Below, piece by piece: positions 62,915 to 64,000 of a stretch of 64,000 bases of DNA. Location of the stretch: NCBI GenBank assembly GCA_002633005.1, contig NMRA01000550.1:1-64000 (forward strand), in the 5' to 3' direction. The position numbers and the translations under genes are program-made. The first letter of the stretch is position 1. Each line of letters opens with the position of its first letter. Under the pieces are notes generated by a model, which saw only the letters and a list, made by a program, of their open reading frames with translations, did no database searches and was not told the origin of the DNA. This DNA comes from Phoronis australis (Eukaryota > Animalia > Phoronida).

Positions 62915-64000
62915 GTTGAGTGACTAGTAAATGAAAGCAAACGACGATGGAACTTAACACAACCGAGGTAGAACAATGACTGACTCGGCAGCTCTCACAG
63001 TCAGACTATTATGGAAAGAAATTGGCGCGAAATGCTTGCCTCCTAAAACGTCACTTCCGGAGTAGCGGACGAGTAATTAATAAAATTACGAAAAGCTGTA
63101 ATTAAGTGGAAAATATGTCTAGGATAATCAACCAACCTTATTTTAGCTCAAAATGGCATGGAAAAAGGTTGCCTTCGCCTTTAACTCCCAACTTTGATCT
63201 TGTCAAACTCCCCAACAGTGAACAGTGATAGTTTTGGGTAATTGTGATATGTGCTTGCTTCTAACGTTATTTAGAAGACTTCCCAAGTGTTGACCCTCTG
63301 TGATGGAAATTCCAAACAAGTCACAAAACTCACGATTTTATAAATACGCACAGAGTTCCTGATATCCTGCCCACTTATGATGCGCATTTTGGGGGTTGTT
63401 ATTGGATGGGGAAGACTTTATGAAATTGTTAGCTTTGACTAGAGCTGTAAAGCAATCAAGTCCGTTTTTTGTGATTTCATTACAAATCCCCAATTATCGG
63501 CAGAGCGTTTGACTTCGGCAGCCACGGTTCCCGGCTGTTCTCAGAAAAATCGACTCTTTCCTCGACGTTAATGTCACTTTAATTAGCCCAGTAAACAACC
63601 CTTTGGACTCTAGAGTCTTGAAACAGACCTCAAGTGAGTATGAAACCTGCTGCAGAGCGCAGTTGAAGAAGACCTTCCTATACTTCCTATTTGGCAAAAG
63701 GCATAGTTGTTGTTTTTTTGTTGAAAATTGTTGCGATGGGAGGCTGGTGGCGCTCGTGCGTGAGACATTCGACGTTAATACGTAACCATGCCTCTCGTGA
63801 CTAGTCGTGGCGTTTTAAAAAACCATTCTTGCCTGAGAGTTGCGGCTTTTCAAAAAAAAAACAAGTTGGAGACCTCGGCTGAAATTGATGCGGTGGGCAA
63901 TTTATGCTTCGGTTTTGCACTGTGGTGGTGGTGGTTTGCGTGCCATTATAAATTGCCCCTCGTACTGATCATCGCCCAAAGGATCACGTGATCAGAGTAC

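Larger units (their letters stand above)
61498..63180. mobile_element. Kolobok-type DNA transposon, internally deleted, with long TIRs
   Basis: TTAA at 61494-61497 and 63181-63184; ~158-bp near-perfect TIRs starting AGGCGAAGGCAACC; convergent KolX-like (+) and THAP-transposase (-) 5' fragments. Confidence 0.92.

Noticed and set aside
63494-63991. short ORFs at the window end as a RETSAT exon 6
   Set aside because: None encodes the expected next RETSAT motif (GxxP..F..HA....HY..GxxYPxGG); the next exon must lie beyond the window

Overview
Eukaryotic (animal, probably marine invertebrate) genomic DNA with spliceosomal introns; nothing is prokaryotic and there is no CRISPR array. Three + strand host genes were reconstructed by hand from GT-AG exons with consistent phases: the 3' half of DNAJC2 (zuotin/MPP11, two SANT domains; 661-6996), a complete EFCAB12-like EF-hand gene (19739-28512), and the first five exons of a RETSAT-like retinol saturase (50227-58519, continuing beyond the window). 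Introns and intergenic DNA are full of transposon relics. The most notable are two different internally deleted Kolobok-type DNA transposons (15809-19039 and 61498-63180). Both have TTAA target duplications and AGG...CCT ends, and both carry a THAP gene convergent with a Cys-rich KolX/P2X7-ballast-like gene. Also present: a Penelope-like retroelement remnant (GIY-YIG nuclease tail, inverted pseudo-LTR) whose repeats fold as degenerate minimal hammerhead ribozymes (9853-11540), several MITE families, tRNA-derived SINE heads, a LINE 3' relic and exon-adjacent tandem duplications. Family assignments come from recalled motifs, not database searches.
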